64,000 nucleotides of DNA from an uncultured bacterium (GCA_963727525.1 CAVSGO010000008.1:32001-96000); one strand, 5' to 3'. Counted from the stretch's first letter, positions 21,729-31,396 are shown. The notes: generated from the letters alone by a model not told the origin. Translations and numbers: made by a program.

Positions 21729-22304
21729 GTGAGTGCGCCAACCGACGACGAACTCGTGCAACGGGCGCAAGCGAACGCCGGGCACGATCTGCGGCCATTC
21801 GAGGAACTCATGCGCCGTCACCAGGCCAAGGTGATGGCAAATTGCCGCTATCTCAGCGGTAGCGCGGATGATGCTCAGGATCTGGCGCAGGAGGTCTTCG
21901 TCAAGGCGTACTTCGGATTGCGCCGCTTCCGGCAGGATGCGGCGTTCGGCACGTGGATCCAGCGCATCAAGGTGAACCACTGTTTGAATTTCTTACGAAA
22001 GAAGAAGGACCGGAAATTCGTGGACGCGGATGATCCCGCCATGGAAGTGGAGCTACCTCTGCAGGTCACGCCACGGGCCCACGAGACTCTCCAGGCTGCG
22101 GATCGGCAGCGTCTCATCGCGGCGGCGCTCGAGCGCGTGCCCGAGACGCTCCGCGTGGCCCTGGTCATGGCGGATCTCGACGAGTTGCCCTATCAGGAGA
22201 TCGCCGACCGCCTCGCCGTGGGGTTGTCGGCAGTGAAAATGCGAATCAAACGCGGTCGGGAGGAATTCCGGCGCATCTATGCCGAGCTGTCGGCGAGGCA
22301 GTGA
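21729..22304 (+). CDS. ECF sigma-70 factor
   Basis: AQDLAQEVFVKAY, TWIQRI..NHCLN, YQEIA..L..VKMRIKRGR. Confidence 0.92.
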   Translation: MSAPTDDELVQRAQANAGHDLRPFEELMRRHQAKVMANCRYLSGSADDAQDLAQEVFVKAYFGLRRFRQDAAFGTWIQRIKVNHCLNFLRKKKDRKFVDADDPAMEVELPLQVTPRAHETLQAADRQRLIAAALERVPETLRVALVMADLDELPYQEIADRLAVGLSAVKMRIKRGREEFRRIYAELSARQ

Positions 22305-22333
22305 TGGTGAGCAGGACCGTGGGGAGGTGACGC

Positions 22334-22585
22334 ATGACCGAGGATCATACACCAGGAGCCGATGATGACGTCGACGTGGGCACACCTGTCGTCGAGCTGA
22401 GAGAGTTGCTCGTCATGCCGCCGACCGCGCTGCTCACCAAGGTCCGTGGGAGCATCCATCGCCGTCTGTTCACGGCCGACTCCGTCGATTTCGGTCTCCG
22501 AGGATTCTTCGAGGTCTTCATGGCCTACCTGGATGTCCTGTTCGGGGCTTGCCGCGGCAAGTCCGCCCCCAAGGAGGGACGCTGA
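22334..22585 (+). CDS. Small hypothetical protein (anti-sigma-like position)
   Basis: GGAGG RBS; stop overlaps next start (TGATG). Confidence 0.6.
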   Translation: MTEDHTPGADDDVDVGTPVVELRELLVMPPTALLTKVRGSIHRRLFTADSVDFGLRGFFEVFMAYLDVLFGACRGKSAPKEGR

Positions 22586-23406
22586 TGGAAAGCTCGTTCG
22601 ACATCGTCGGTGCAGCGCGCAGCGTCCTGCAGGATCTCGTGACGGCATTCGTCGACTTCGTGCCCCGCTTCGTGACGGCCGTGATCGTGATCATCCTGGG
22701 CCTCGTGGTCGCGAAGATCGCCGAGCGCACGATCAAGGTCGTGGCCGAGCGCATGAAGTTCGACACCGGCCTGGAGCGGCTCGGCATCACCCTGGCGCTG
22801 CGCCGGGTGGGGCTCACGGGCTCGCCGGCCCGCCTCGTGGCGCGCACGGTCTACCTGCTCCTGGTCATCCTCTTCACGCAGACCGTATGCCGGGCCGTGG
22901 GACTGGAGGTCGTCGCCGAGGCCATCGCGTCGTTCTTCCATTACCTCCCGAACCTGGTCGCAGCTTTCCTCGTCCTGTTGCTGGGCATGATCTTCGCGCA
23001 GTTCCTCGCGCGCACCGTGGCCGTATCGGCCGAGGACGCGGGGATCGACTACGGACCGCTGCTCGGGCGCGCGGTCTCGACGCTGGTCATGTTCGTCGTC
23101 GTGGTCATGGCCCTCGGCCAGCTACGGATCGACACGCAGATCATTCGCCTGGTCGTCCTGGTCATGCTGTCGGGCGCGGCGATCGCGATGGCCCTGAGCT
23201 TCGGCCTGGGCTCGCGGGACATCACCCGCAATCTCGTCGCGGGATTCTACGTGCGGCGATTCGTGCGTGAGGGCGAGATGCTGGAGATCGATTCCGTGAG
23301 CGGCGTGGTCGTGGGGGTCACGCCGTTGCAGACACTCGTCGAGCAAGAGGGACGTACGCTGGCGATCCCGAACCAGGTGTTTCTGGACAAGGTCGCCCGA
23401 CATTGA
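22585..23406 (+). CDS. MscS-related TM-helix-repeat membrane protein
   Basis: FVPRFVTAVI, YLPNLVAA, LSFGLGSRDITRNLVAG, IPN. Confidence 0.8.
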   Translation: MESSFDIVGAARSVLQDLVTAFVDFVPRFVTAVIVIILGLVVAKIAERTIKVVAERMKFDTGLERLGITLALRRVGLTGSPARLVARTVYLLLVILFTQTVCRAVGLEVVAEAIASFFHYLPNLVAAFLVLLLGMIFAQFLARTVAVSAEDAGIDYGPLLGRAVSTLVMFVVVVMALGQLRIDTQIIRLVVLVMLSGAAIAMALSFGLGSRDITRNLVAGFYVRRFVREGEMLEIDSVSGVVVGVTPLQTLVEQEGRTLAIPNQVFLDKVARH

Positions 23407-23468
23407 TGGTTGCGGAATCGGCGTGACGATATGACCCTGGAACCTCGCGCCACGGAAGGAGAGACGTC

Positions 23469-24302
23469 GTGAATCTCGACCCGAATCAGCTCAAGAACGG
23501 ACTGGGATCGCTCTGGGCTTACTTGCAGGTCTACGGGCTGAAGGTCCTGGGCGCCTTCGTCATCCTCATCGTCGGGCGGCTCGTGGCCGGCAGCGTGCGC
23601 CGCTCGGTCGCGGCCGTCGGCGTACGCCGCAACTGGGATCCTGGACTCATCGGTTTCGTCGGCAGCCTGGCCTATTTCTTCGTCATGGCCTTCACGCTGG
23701 TGGCGGTGCTGGGCAGCTTCGGCGTGCAGACCGCATCGCTCGTGGCCGTGCTGGGCGCGGCGAGCTTTGCCGTGGGCCTCGCGCTGCAGGGAAGCCTCTC
23801 GAATTTCGCCGCTGGCGTGATGCTGATGATCTTCCGCCCCTTCAAGGTGGGCGACTACATCGACGCGGCGGGCGTGGCCGGCAGCGTCAAGGAGATCGGG
23901 ATCTTCAGCACGACGCTGGCGACGCCGGACAACGTGCTCATCACGGTTCCCAACAGCAAGCTCTATGGTGACACCATCAAGAACTACGCGGGTTACACGA
24001 CCCGTCGCATCGACTTGACCATCGGCATCAGCTACAAGGACGACATCGGCCAGGCGATCGCCGCCATCGACGAGGTTGTCCGAAGCGATGCCCGGGTGCT
24101 GGCGGAACCGGCACCAATGATCGCGGTGGGCGCCCTGGGCGCCTCGAGCGTCGACCTCGTGGTGCGGCCATGGGTCAACGTCCCCGACTACTGGGATGTC
24201 CGTTTCGCGCTCACCCGGCAGATCAAGGAGAGCCTCGACGCTGCCGGGATCGAGATTCCATTCCCGCAAACCGTCGTCACGATGATTCAACCCGAACATT
24301 GA
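23469..24302 (+). CDS. mscS: Small-conductance mechanosensitive channel
   Basis: GLALQGSLSNFAAG, RPFKVGDYI, IEIPFPQ. Confidence 0.93.
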   Translation: MNLDPNQLKNGLGSLWAYLQVYGLKVLGAFVILIVGRLVAGSVRRSVAAVGVRRNWDPGLIGFVGSLAYFFVMAFTLVAVLGSFGVQTASLVAVLGAASFAVGLALQGSLSNFAAGVMLMIFRPFKVGDYIDAAGVAGSVKEIGIFSTTLATPDNVLITVPNSKLYGDTIKNYAGYTTRRIDLTIGISYKDDIGQAIAAIDEVVRSDARVLAEPAPMIAVGALGASSVDLVVRPWVNVPDYWDVRFALTRQIKESLDAAGIEIPFPQTVVTMIQPEH

Positions 24303-24388
24303 CCGTCGCCCGGAACCACCGTCGACCAGTGGTTCCGCCCAAACACACCGCGGGCGATCGGGCGACGGTACGTCGAAAGGACTCGTCC

Positions 24389-25429
24389 ATGAAGATCCTG
24401 CGAAGGATGATCGCGCTCTCGCTCTCGCTGGCGTCGCTTACGCTGTTCCTGGCCCCGGCGGTGGCGCGCGCCGAAGAGGACGCCCCACCGCCGCCCATCG
24501 GCGAGTGGCAGCGCGAGGCCAAGCTCGGCGTGAACCTCCTGCAGAGCTACTATACGCGGAACTGGAACGGGGCCGACAAGGGCTCGATCGTGTGGGCCGC
24601 CAACTTCGACTACCTCGCCCAGAACCAGCTCACCGAGAAGTGGAACTGGCGCAACACGCTGAACCTCGCCTTCGGCCAGACGCACCAGCAGGATCGCGAC
24701 GCCAACGGCGAACTCGTGTGGCGCAAGCCCGACAAGACCACGGACCTGATCCAGTTCGAATCGCTTTTCCGCTACTCGCTCGATGGCTGGGACCCGTACC
24801 TCAGCCTGGACTTCGAGAGCCAGTTCCAGGACCAGACCGACGCTTCTGACCGCTCGATCGCGTTCAACCCGATGAAATTCACCGAGGCGGTCGGTATCTC
24901 GCGTATGCTCATCAATCAGGGCGATCGGCAGCTCATGAGCCGGGTCGGATTCGCGATGCACGAGAATAGCCGCAAGTTCTTCCTCAGCGCGCCGCCCGAC
25001 AACGCGAAGAAGAGCTACAGCTCCACCGACGGCGGCGCCGAGCTGATCTTCGAGTACAAGGACAAGATCCTGGAAGATCGCGTCGAGTACGCCAGCAAGC
25101 TCGGTCTCTACCAGCCATTCTTCTACAGCGGCAAGTCGGATCTCCAGGATCTGAGCGACGCCGACCTGACGACGGCCGGTCTGCCGACGGATGTGGCCGA
25201 CTACACCGTCGCCCTCGACGCCGACTGGGAGAACACCTTCGTCACCCACATCACCAAGGTCATCAACGTGCAGCTCTACCTGCGCTGGATGTATGACAAG
25301 TACGACAACACGGTGAAGCCTGCGGTCGAGAACGGCACCATCGTCAACGGTGCGGCCGTGAAGTCGGCGATCCGCAAGGCCGGACAGTTCAAGCAGACGA
25401 TGAGCATCGGGCTGGCGTACACGTTCTAG
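24389..25429 (+). CDS. DUF3078-like outer-membrane beta-barrel protein
   Basis: Signal peptide; Q.YY..NW.G, W.N.LNLAFG, K..DLI, terminal GLAYTF. Confidence 0.7.
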   Translation: MKILRRMIALSLSLASLTLFLAPAVARAEEDAPPPPIGEWQREAKLGVNLLQSYYTRNWNGADKGSIVWAANFDYLAQNQLTEKWNWRNTLNLAFGQTHQQDRDANGELVWRKPDKTTDLIQFESLFRYSLDGWDPYLSLDFESQFQDQTDASDRSIAFNPMKFTEAVGISRMLINQGDRQLMSRVGFAMHENSRKFFLSAPPDNAKKSYSSTDGGAELIFEYKDKILEDRVEYASKLGLYQPFFYSGKSDLQDLSDADLTTAGLPTDVADYTVALDADWENTFVTHITKVINVQLYLRWMYDKYDNTVKPAVENGTIVNGAAVKSAIRKAGQFKQTMSIGLAYTF

Positions 25430-25452
25430 TGTCCGGCCACGTAGCCATACGC

Positions 25453-25486
25453 AGCGGGTCTCCGACCAGTCCGGGGGCCCGCTTTT
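25453..25486 (+). terminator. Rho-independent terminator
   Basis: agcgggtctccg...cgggggcccgct followed by T run. Confidence 0.65.
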
Positions 25487-25573
25487 CGTTGACGCCGGGC
25501 CGCCCAGCCGCTAACTTCGCCGAGTTGATTGCGTCTATCCGTTCCCATATCGCAGAAGGCTGGAGGTCCAGGA

Positions 25574-26281
25574 ATGCGGGTGGCCAGTAGTGAGCGTTCC
25601 CGTGTCAGAGTGTGCCCCTCGCTGATCATATCGCTTCTCGTGGTTCTGCTCGCGACGACCGCCCTGGCCCGCTCGGCGCCAGATCCTAGCGATGCGCGGG
25701 TCTTTCTCGGCACCTGGATCTTCGATATGGGATACCAGGTGGACAGTCTGAACGACATCGGCGGCCCCACGCACTTCTTTTCCAGCCGTTTCCAGAACTA
25801 TGCCGGCGGGCGCATCGTCGGCCACTCGGGCACGAAACGCGGCCGCCGGATCTGGCTGGGCAAGTTCGGCGGTCTCGCGTGGACGCAAAGCAAGTTCAAG
25901 CTCGACTGGGAAGTGCCCGACGTGATGTCGCTCGACCCGCTGAAGGCCTCCCTCCTCAGCTTCGCGTTCCCGATCGGGATGGAGCTCAACCTCGCTCTGG
26001 GAAAGGTGCTGCACATCGCACCCTACGCCTCGGTGACGTGGCTGTACCAGAACATGAAGGTGACGATCAGCGACAAGGATTTTCACGGCAGCGTGAGCAA
26101 GCTCGCGCTCACCGCCGGCGCCGAAGCCTCTGTGAACCTCGGGAAATTCCTTGTCACCGCCGGCGCGGGCCGTGTGCAGGTCGTGGGCAAGGATGTCGAT
26201 TTCGATGTCGATGACGTGACGTTCACCGGCCGGTACACATCGCACTCTACGGAGTATTTCGCGGGGGTGACGCTGCGATGA
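25574..26281 (+). CDS. Putative outer-membrane beta-barrel protein
   Basis: Signal-like hydrophobic stretch; amphipathic strands; ends YFAGVTLR; GGAGG RBS. Confidence 0.55.
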   Translation: MRVASSERSRVRVCPSLIISLLVVLLATTALARSAPDPSDARVFLGTWIFDMGYQVDSLNDIGGPTHFFSSRFQNYAGGRIVGHSGTKRGRRIWLGKFGGLAWTQSKFKLDWEVPDVMSLDPLKASLLSFAFPIGMELNLALGKVLHIAPYASVTWLYQNMKVTISDKDFHGSVSKLALTAGAEASVNLGKFLVTAGAGRVQVVGKDVDFDVDDVTFTGRYTSHSTEYFAGVTLR

Positions 26282-26670
26282 AGATCTGGCGGACAGACTC
26301 GTGGTTCGGACTCTGCGCCGTCGCGTGTGTCGTACTCGGCCTGGGAGGCTGCGCCCCACTCCCTCTCGGCAACGATGCGCCCGATCTGCCGGTGATCAGC
26401 TCCACCGGAGTCCTCATACCCAGCTACGGCGTCCCGGTGGACGTGACCGTGGTCGACCCCGACGGTGACCGTGTCGCGGTGCAGTTCCGCGTCTTTTCCG
26501 GACCCACGCCCTCGGATTCGAACTGGACCGTCTACGTGGACAGCGGCACGACGAACACGTTCTACCTCAACCTCGCAGCCGGATCCTACACGCTCCAGGT
26601 CCGCGCCCGCGACGAGCTCGACGAGACGTCGGGCTATGCGGAGATGCCCCTGGTCGTCACGACGAAATGA
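26278..26670 (+). CDS. Lipoprotein with Ig-like/PKD-like domain
   Basis: LGGC lipobox; DPDGD.V..., GSYTLQVRARD. Confidence 0.7.
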   Translation: MKIWRTDSWFGLCAVACVVLGLGGCAPLPLGNDAPDLPVISSTGVLIPSYGVPVDVTVVDPDGDRVAVQFRVFSGPTPSDSNWTVYVDSGTTNTFYLNLAAGSYTLQVRARDELDETSGYAEMPLVVTTK

Positions 26671-26777
26671 CCGCATCCGCTCCGGGCTAAGGCCTTCCCG
26701 CCTCCGTGCCGACAATCGAGACCAGGACTGCCCCGCACGGGACGAGGTCAGCGTGCGTGCGGTCGAGGAGGTTGCGC

Positions 26778-27650
26778 ATGGAAACGCTGCCGACGCATGA
26801 GTGCCGGATCGCGGTGGGCGAGGTCGTCCTCTCGCTGGCGTGCCCGACGGCTGCCTACGCGGCATCGATGCGCGAGTACTTCGTCACCGGCGTCACGGCG
26901 GCGCCGCCCGACGTGCGGCTGCGTCTGGAATTGATCGAGGACACACCCCAGCGACCCGTGCCGAACTCGCTGGTGGCGACGAAGCGCCTCGCCGACGGCG
27001 GATTCGCCATCGCGGACGATCTCGTCACCGGCGCCTACGATGCCGCCGGCGGCGAGGGTTGGCTGCGCGTGCAGTGGTACCTCACGAAGGCACAGCTCAC
27101 GCGGGTCTTCGAACAGATACTCTACCAGGCATTCTATTCCGCCCGTGCACGGCGCGGCTACGACGCCATGCTGCTGCACGCGAGCGCGGTGATCCGCGAC
27201 GGCGACGGTTTCCTCTTCGTCGGGGCGTCGGGCCGCGGCAAGTCGACAGTCGCCGATTTGAGCCGCTCCTGCACCGTCCTCAATGACGAAGTGGCGCTGG
27301 TGGAGTTCACGCCGGCGGGTCCGGAGTTGCGCAGTACGCCGTTCAACGGCCTCTACCGCGACAAGCATGCGGGCCAGGCGCCGCTGCGGGCCGTGTTCCT
27401 GCTCGCCCATGGTCGCGACCATCACCTCGAGGCCGTGAGCGCGGGTGCGGCGGTAGCAGAGATCACCGCGCAGGTGATCGCACCCGTCGCGCTCGAGGAC
27501 ACCCTGAATCCCCGGACGAGTCAGCTCATGCTCGACGCGGCCAGCCATCTCGTCGGCGCGGCGCCGGTGCGGCGGCTCGTCTTCACCCCGGACGCCGGTT
27601 TCTGGCAGGCCATCGACGGAGCCTTCCCGCCGGCAGGAGGTCTCTCGTGA
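26778..27650 (+). CDS. HPr-kinase-related P-loop protein (RiPP-cluster associated)
   Basis: LLHASAV, GASGRGKST, LNDE, STPF, LRAVFLL. Confidence 0.8.
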   Translation: METLPTHECRIAVGEVVLSLACPTAAYAASMREYFVTGVTAAPPDVRLRLELIEDTPQRPVPNSLVATKRLADGGFAIADDLVTGAYDAAGGEGWLRVQWYLTKAQLTRVFEQILYQAFYSARARRGYDAMLLHASAVIRDGDGFLFVGASGRGKSTVADLSRSCTVLNDEVALVEFTPAGPELRSTPFNGLYRDKHAGQAPLRAVFLLAHGRDHHLEAVSAGAAVAEITAQVIAPVALEDTLNPRTSQLMLDAASHLVGAAPVRRLVFTPDAGFWQAIDGAFPPAGGLS

Positions 27651-27928
27651 TCCAGCTCTCGACCATCGCGCACAGGAACGAGGAGTTCTGCGAGCGCACA
27701 CTCGGCGACGAGACGATCTTCCTCTCGCCCGACGGTCAGCAGGTGCACGCGCTCAACGCCGTGGGCACGGACATCTGGGCCATGATCGACGGCAGCGCCA
27801 CGTTCGCCGAGATCCGCGACCGCATCTGCGTCGAGTACGACGTGCCCAGCGACCGCGCCGAGCGCGATCTCCTGGCATTCGCGAACGAGCTGGCCACCAA
27901 GCACCTCCTGATCCTGGAGTCGGCATGA
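27647..27928 (+). CDS. PqqD family RiPP recognition element
   Basis: LNAVGTDIWAMIDG..T..EI...I..EYDV...AERDL..F..EL. Confidence 0.92.
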   Translation: MIQLSTIAHRNEEFCERTLGDETIFLSPDGQQVHALNAVGTDIWAMIDGSATFAEIRDRICVEYDVPSDRAERDLLAFANELATKHLLILESA

Positions 27929-28947
27929 CCGGTCTGCGCGACGAGATCTTTGGGCGCTACGCCGCCGAGAACCGGCTCCACGCGGCGATGATCGAGCTGA
28001 CGCATCGCTGCCCCTGCGATTGCCAGCATTGCTTCCTCGTGCGCGACGGCCGCGACGAGCTGACGACCGCCGAGGTGCTCGACCTGCTCGATCAGCTTCG
28101 CGAGGAGGGCGCCTTCAACCTGGGGCTCACCGGTGGCGAGCCGTTCCTGCGGCGCGACCTGCCGGAGATCCTCGCGCGCGCCCACACGCATCGCTTCTTC
28201 GTGTCCATCCTCACGACGGCGCTCACGATCGGCCCGGCGGAAGTGGCGATGCTCCAGGAGCACCGGGTGCAGCGGCTGGAGGTGTCGCTGCTGGGGGCCA
28301 CGGCTGCCACCCATGACGCGATCATGCGGCGTCCGGGAGCGTTCGCGCGCACGCTGCAAGCCGTGTCCCTGCTCGTGGCCGGCGGCCTCGACGTGCGGCT
28401 GAAGACCACCGTGCTGCGCCCCAACCGCCACGAACTGCCGGCGATCCGCGAACTGGCGCGCGGTCTGGGGGCGCACTACGAGGCCAATATCGTGGTGTCG
28501 CCCCGCATCGATGGCGACCGCGAACCCCTCGACCTCGCGCTCACGCAGGCCGAACTGGTCGACATCGATCCGTCGTTTCTCAATGCCGGGCCGATCCCGG
28601 GCGAGGATCCGTCGGCTGGAGCTGTCCTCGTCTGCAAGGCCGGCCGCACGGTGGCGGCGATCGGGCCGCGCGGCGAGGTGTATCCGTGTCTGCTCTTTCG
28701 CCGGCCGGTGGGCAACCTCCGGGAGCGATCGCTGCGCGGGATCCTGCACGATGCGCCCGATCCGTTCCTGACGGAGCTACGCGCGCTCGAACCGGCGGAC
28801 ATCACGGGTTGCCGGACCTGCGCGCTGCAGGCGCGTTGCCAGCGTTGTCCGGGCATCACGTACCTGGAAACGGGGGATGTGCGGCGGGCGTCGCCGTCGG
28901 CGTGCGCCCTCGCCGAGGGCTTGCATCAGCTCCAGAAAAACGACTGA
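27925..28947 (+). CDS. Radical SAM/SPASM peptide maturase
   Basis: CPCDCQHC (Cx3Cx2C), TGGEP; SPASM CKAG...GEVYPC...CRTC..C..CPG..C. Confidence 0.92.
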   Translation: MTGLRDEIFGRYAAENRLHAAMIELTHRCPCDCQHCFLVRDGRDELTTAEVLDLLDQLREEGAFNLGLTGGEPFLRRDLPEILARAHTHRFFVSILTTALTIGPAEVAMLQEHRVQRLEVSLLGATAATHDAIMRRPGAFARTLQAVSLLVAGGLDVRLKTTVLRPNRHELPAIRELARGLGAHYEANIVVSPRIDGDREPLDLALTQAELVDIDPSFLNAGPIPGEDPSAGAVLVCKAGRTVAAIGPRGEVYPCLLFRRPVGNLRERSLRGILHDAPDPFLTELRALEPADITGCRTCALQARCQRCPGITYLETGDVRRASPSACALAEGLHQLQKND

Positions 28948-28972
28948 CCCCTTCGCGCGAGGGGGTCAGTCG
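28941..28972. terminator. Long bidirectional hairpin between rSAM gene and convergent precursor gene
   Basis: cgactgaccccttcg-cg-cgagggggtcagtcg. Confidence 0.75.
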
Positions 28973-28994
28973 ATCTCTGATTCGTGCGTCGAGC

Positions 28995-29153
28995 CTAGCT
29001 GCAGCACCAGTGGAAGAGCGGATTCAGGAAGTGGATGGGCGTGCAACCCCCACCACCGCCACCCTCGCTACTGCCGTAGTCGCCGTATACGCCGGCCTCG
29101 ATGCCCTCGGTACGGATCTGCGGCTCCGCATACACTTTCTTGGTCGTGTCCAT
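28995..29153 (-). CDS. Putative RiPP precursor peptide, 52 aa
   Basis: Manually translated MDTTKKVYAEPQIRTEGIEAGVYGDYGSSEGGGGGGCTPIHFLNPLFHWCCS; AGAGG RBS; YxxPxI leader motif. Confidence 0.8.
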   Translation of the reverse strand: MDTTKKVYAEPQIRTEGIEAGVYGDYGSSEGGGGGGCTPIHFLNPLFHWCCS

Positions 29154-29241
29154 GATGGGTCTGCCTCTGGTTGTTTGGCCTTGGTTGTCGTGGACCGGGG
29201 CCCAAACCGATTCGATTTGTCCCGCGATTTGATGATATAGT

Positions 29242-29271
29242 ATTATAAATCATGTATAGGGACAAAATCAA
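29242..29271 (-). promoter_or_regulatory. Sigma70-like promoter for the precursor gene
   Basis: Minus strand TTGATT-N18-TATAAT in an AT-rich island, ~90 nt upstream of ATG 29153. Confidence 0.6.
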
Positions 29272-29395
29272 GGTCATTCTGATGGGCGAAGATCATGAGG
29301 CTTGGCGTGGCCCTTGTTCGGGTCACGACCGTCTCGAGACGCAGGGTTCCCGGTACGGGCGCTCGACGGCCTGGCGAGGTGCGGGAGGTATCGTG

Positions 29396-30133
29396 ATGGC
29401 GCCGACCAAGACGACGACCTGGCCCGCGATCGTGCTCGCCGTGGCGATCTGCGGGTGCTCGGACACGGTGTCGCCGGAACGTCCGGGGTCGACCACCACA
29501 CCTCCGGCGGATCTCTCCACGTGGGAGCAGGAGATCGACTCGCATGGGGGCGCCGTCTACTACCTCGACCCCCACGGGGGATCGCTTGCCAACCCGGGTA
29601 CCCGCGAGGCGCCGCGGCCAGGACTGGCCGAGGTCCTGGACGCCGATCTCATCCAGCGCTGGGAACCTGTCGACCACCCCTAAGAGGAGGGTGCTCCGCC
29701 GCACCTCGTGAATCCGGACGCGCCGGTCGCGCCGGGCGACAACCTGCGCCTGCTGAGCGGTGACCACGGGGTGTGCACGATCATGGACGCCCACGAACCC
29801 GACTACATCGCGATCACGGCGGACGAGGGTGCGACGCCGGTGCTTCAGCGTCTGGCCCTGATCGGAGCCGAGCGTTTCGTGATCGCGGGGCCGACTGTGC
29901 GCGGCGAGGCGGGCGGCGATCTCGGCGGTACGCTGGTCGATCTCACGACCCACGGCTGGCGCGGCCCGTGCCGCTACGTGGTCGTGCGCGATTGCCTCGT
30001 CACGAGCGGCGACCACTTCGCCATTCGCGACAACGTCCTGCGCAACGTCGACTTCGGGGTCTCGGTGTCGGGCGACGTGGCGGTGGTCGACCACAACCTG
30101 GAGACCGTCGATCTCGGCGCCTTCGAGCGCTGA
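29396..30133 (+). pseudogene. Disrupted lipoprotein (parallel beta-helix-like) with in-frame TAA at 29681-29683 and probable internal deletion
   Basis: ICGC lipobox; VYYLDPHGGS..NPGT..P; frame continues after TAA (EEGAPPHLVNP..PGDNLRLLSGDHG); ends DLGAFER. Confidence 0.6.
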
Positions 30134-30237
30134 GCGTATTCGCTCCTTGCCGCCTGGCCATGATGGCGCCATCTTCTGGCGGCCGGATGCGTGCCCGCCG
30201 CGCCGCAACATCGTCATGCTTCCCGGAGGATCGATCC

Positions 30238-31296
30238 GTGCCCGAACTCGCATTCCCATTCCGCCGCAGCCTCGTCACCGGTGGCGCCGGCTTCCTCGGC
30301 ATCAACCTCGTGCGCTACCTGCTCGAACGCGGCCACGAGGTCGTGTCGCTGGACATCGCGCCGTTCGACTACCCCGAGCGCGACCGCATCACCGAGGTCA
30401 CCGGCGATATCCGTGACCGCGCCGCTGTCGACCGTGCCATCGCCGACTGCGATCTCGTGGTGCACTGCGCGGCCGCCCTGCCGCTGTACAAGCCAGCGGA
30501 GATCCTCTCCACCGACATCGACGGCACGCGCACCGTGCTGGAGTCGGCGCTCGCCCACGGCGTGGCGCGCGCCGTGCATGTGTCGAGCACGGCCGTGTAC
30601 GGGATCCCGGACCATCATCCGTTGCTCGAGGACGACCGGCTGCACGGCGTCGGTCCGTACGGCGAGGCCAAGGTGAAAGCCGAGCAGGTGTGCGCCGACT
30701 TCCGGTCGCGCGGCATGACCGTGCCGATCATCCGTCCCAAGTCGTTCATCGGGCCCGAGCGCCTGGGCGTGTTCGCGCTCTTCTACGACTGGGCCAAGGA
30801 CGGCCACGGCTTCCCCATGATCGGCAGCGGGGACAATCGCTACCAGCTCTGCGACGTGGAGGACGTGTGTCAGGGTATCTACCTGGCCGCCACCGGACCG
30901 GCCGACAAGGTCGACGATGTCTTCAACATCGGCGCCGCCGAGTTCACCACGATGAAGCAGGACTACCAGGCGGTGCTCGACGACGCCGGTTTCGGCAAGA
31001 CGATCAAGGGCTTCCCGGCCGCCCCCGTGATCGGGACGCTGCGCCTCCTCGAAGCGTGCAAGCTCTCGCCGCTCTACAAGTGGGTGTACGAGACGGCAGC
31101 CGAGGATTCGTTCGTCTCCATCGAGAAGGCGCAGCGCGTGCTCGGCTTCGCACCGCGATATTCCAACAAGGATGCGCTGGTGCGCAACTACCGCTGGTAT
31201 CTCGAGCACGAGAAGGATTTCGTGGGCGCGTCGGGCGTGTCGCATCGCGTGCCCTGGAAGCAAGGGATCCTACGGTTCGCGAAGGTCTTCTTCTAG
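30238..31296 (+). CDS. NAD-dependent epimerase/dehydratase (extended SDR)
   Basis: VTGGAGFLG, SSTAVYG, YGEAK. Confidence 0.92.
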   Translation: MPELAFPFRRSLVTGGAGFLGINLVRYLLERGHEVVSLDIAPFDYPERDRITEVTGDIRDRAAVDRAIADCDLVVHCAAALPLYKPAEILSTDIDGTRTVLESALAHGVARAVHVSSTAVYGIPDHHPLLEDDRLHGVGPYGEAKVKAEQVCADFRSRGMTVPIIRPKSFIGPERLGVFALFYDWAKDGHGFPMIGSGDNRYQLCDVEDVCQGIYLAATGPADKVDDVFNIGAAEFTTMKQDYQAVLDDAGFGKTIKGFPAAPVIGTLRLLEACKLSPLYKWVYETAAEDSFVSIEKAQRVLGFAPRYSNKDALVRNYRWYLEHEKDFVGASGVSHRVPWKQGILRFAKVFF

Positions 31297-31314
31297 CGTG
31301 CCTCGATGTCCATG

Positions 31315-31347
31315 AAGAGGGCCGGGACCAGGAGTCTCGGCCCTCTT
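31315..31347. terminator. Bidirectional hairpin
   Basis: aagagggccgggac-cagga-gtctcggccctctt. Confidence 0.7.
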
Positions 31348-31396
31348 GCCGTGGTTGCGCCGGCCTCAGCCGCCGGACGCCCGTAGCGCTTCGCGC

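Noticed and set aside
29681-29683. In-frame stop as a recoding site
   Set aside because: TAA is not a Sec/Pyl codon, there is no redox-motif context, and the gene also looks internally deleted
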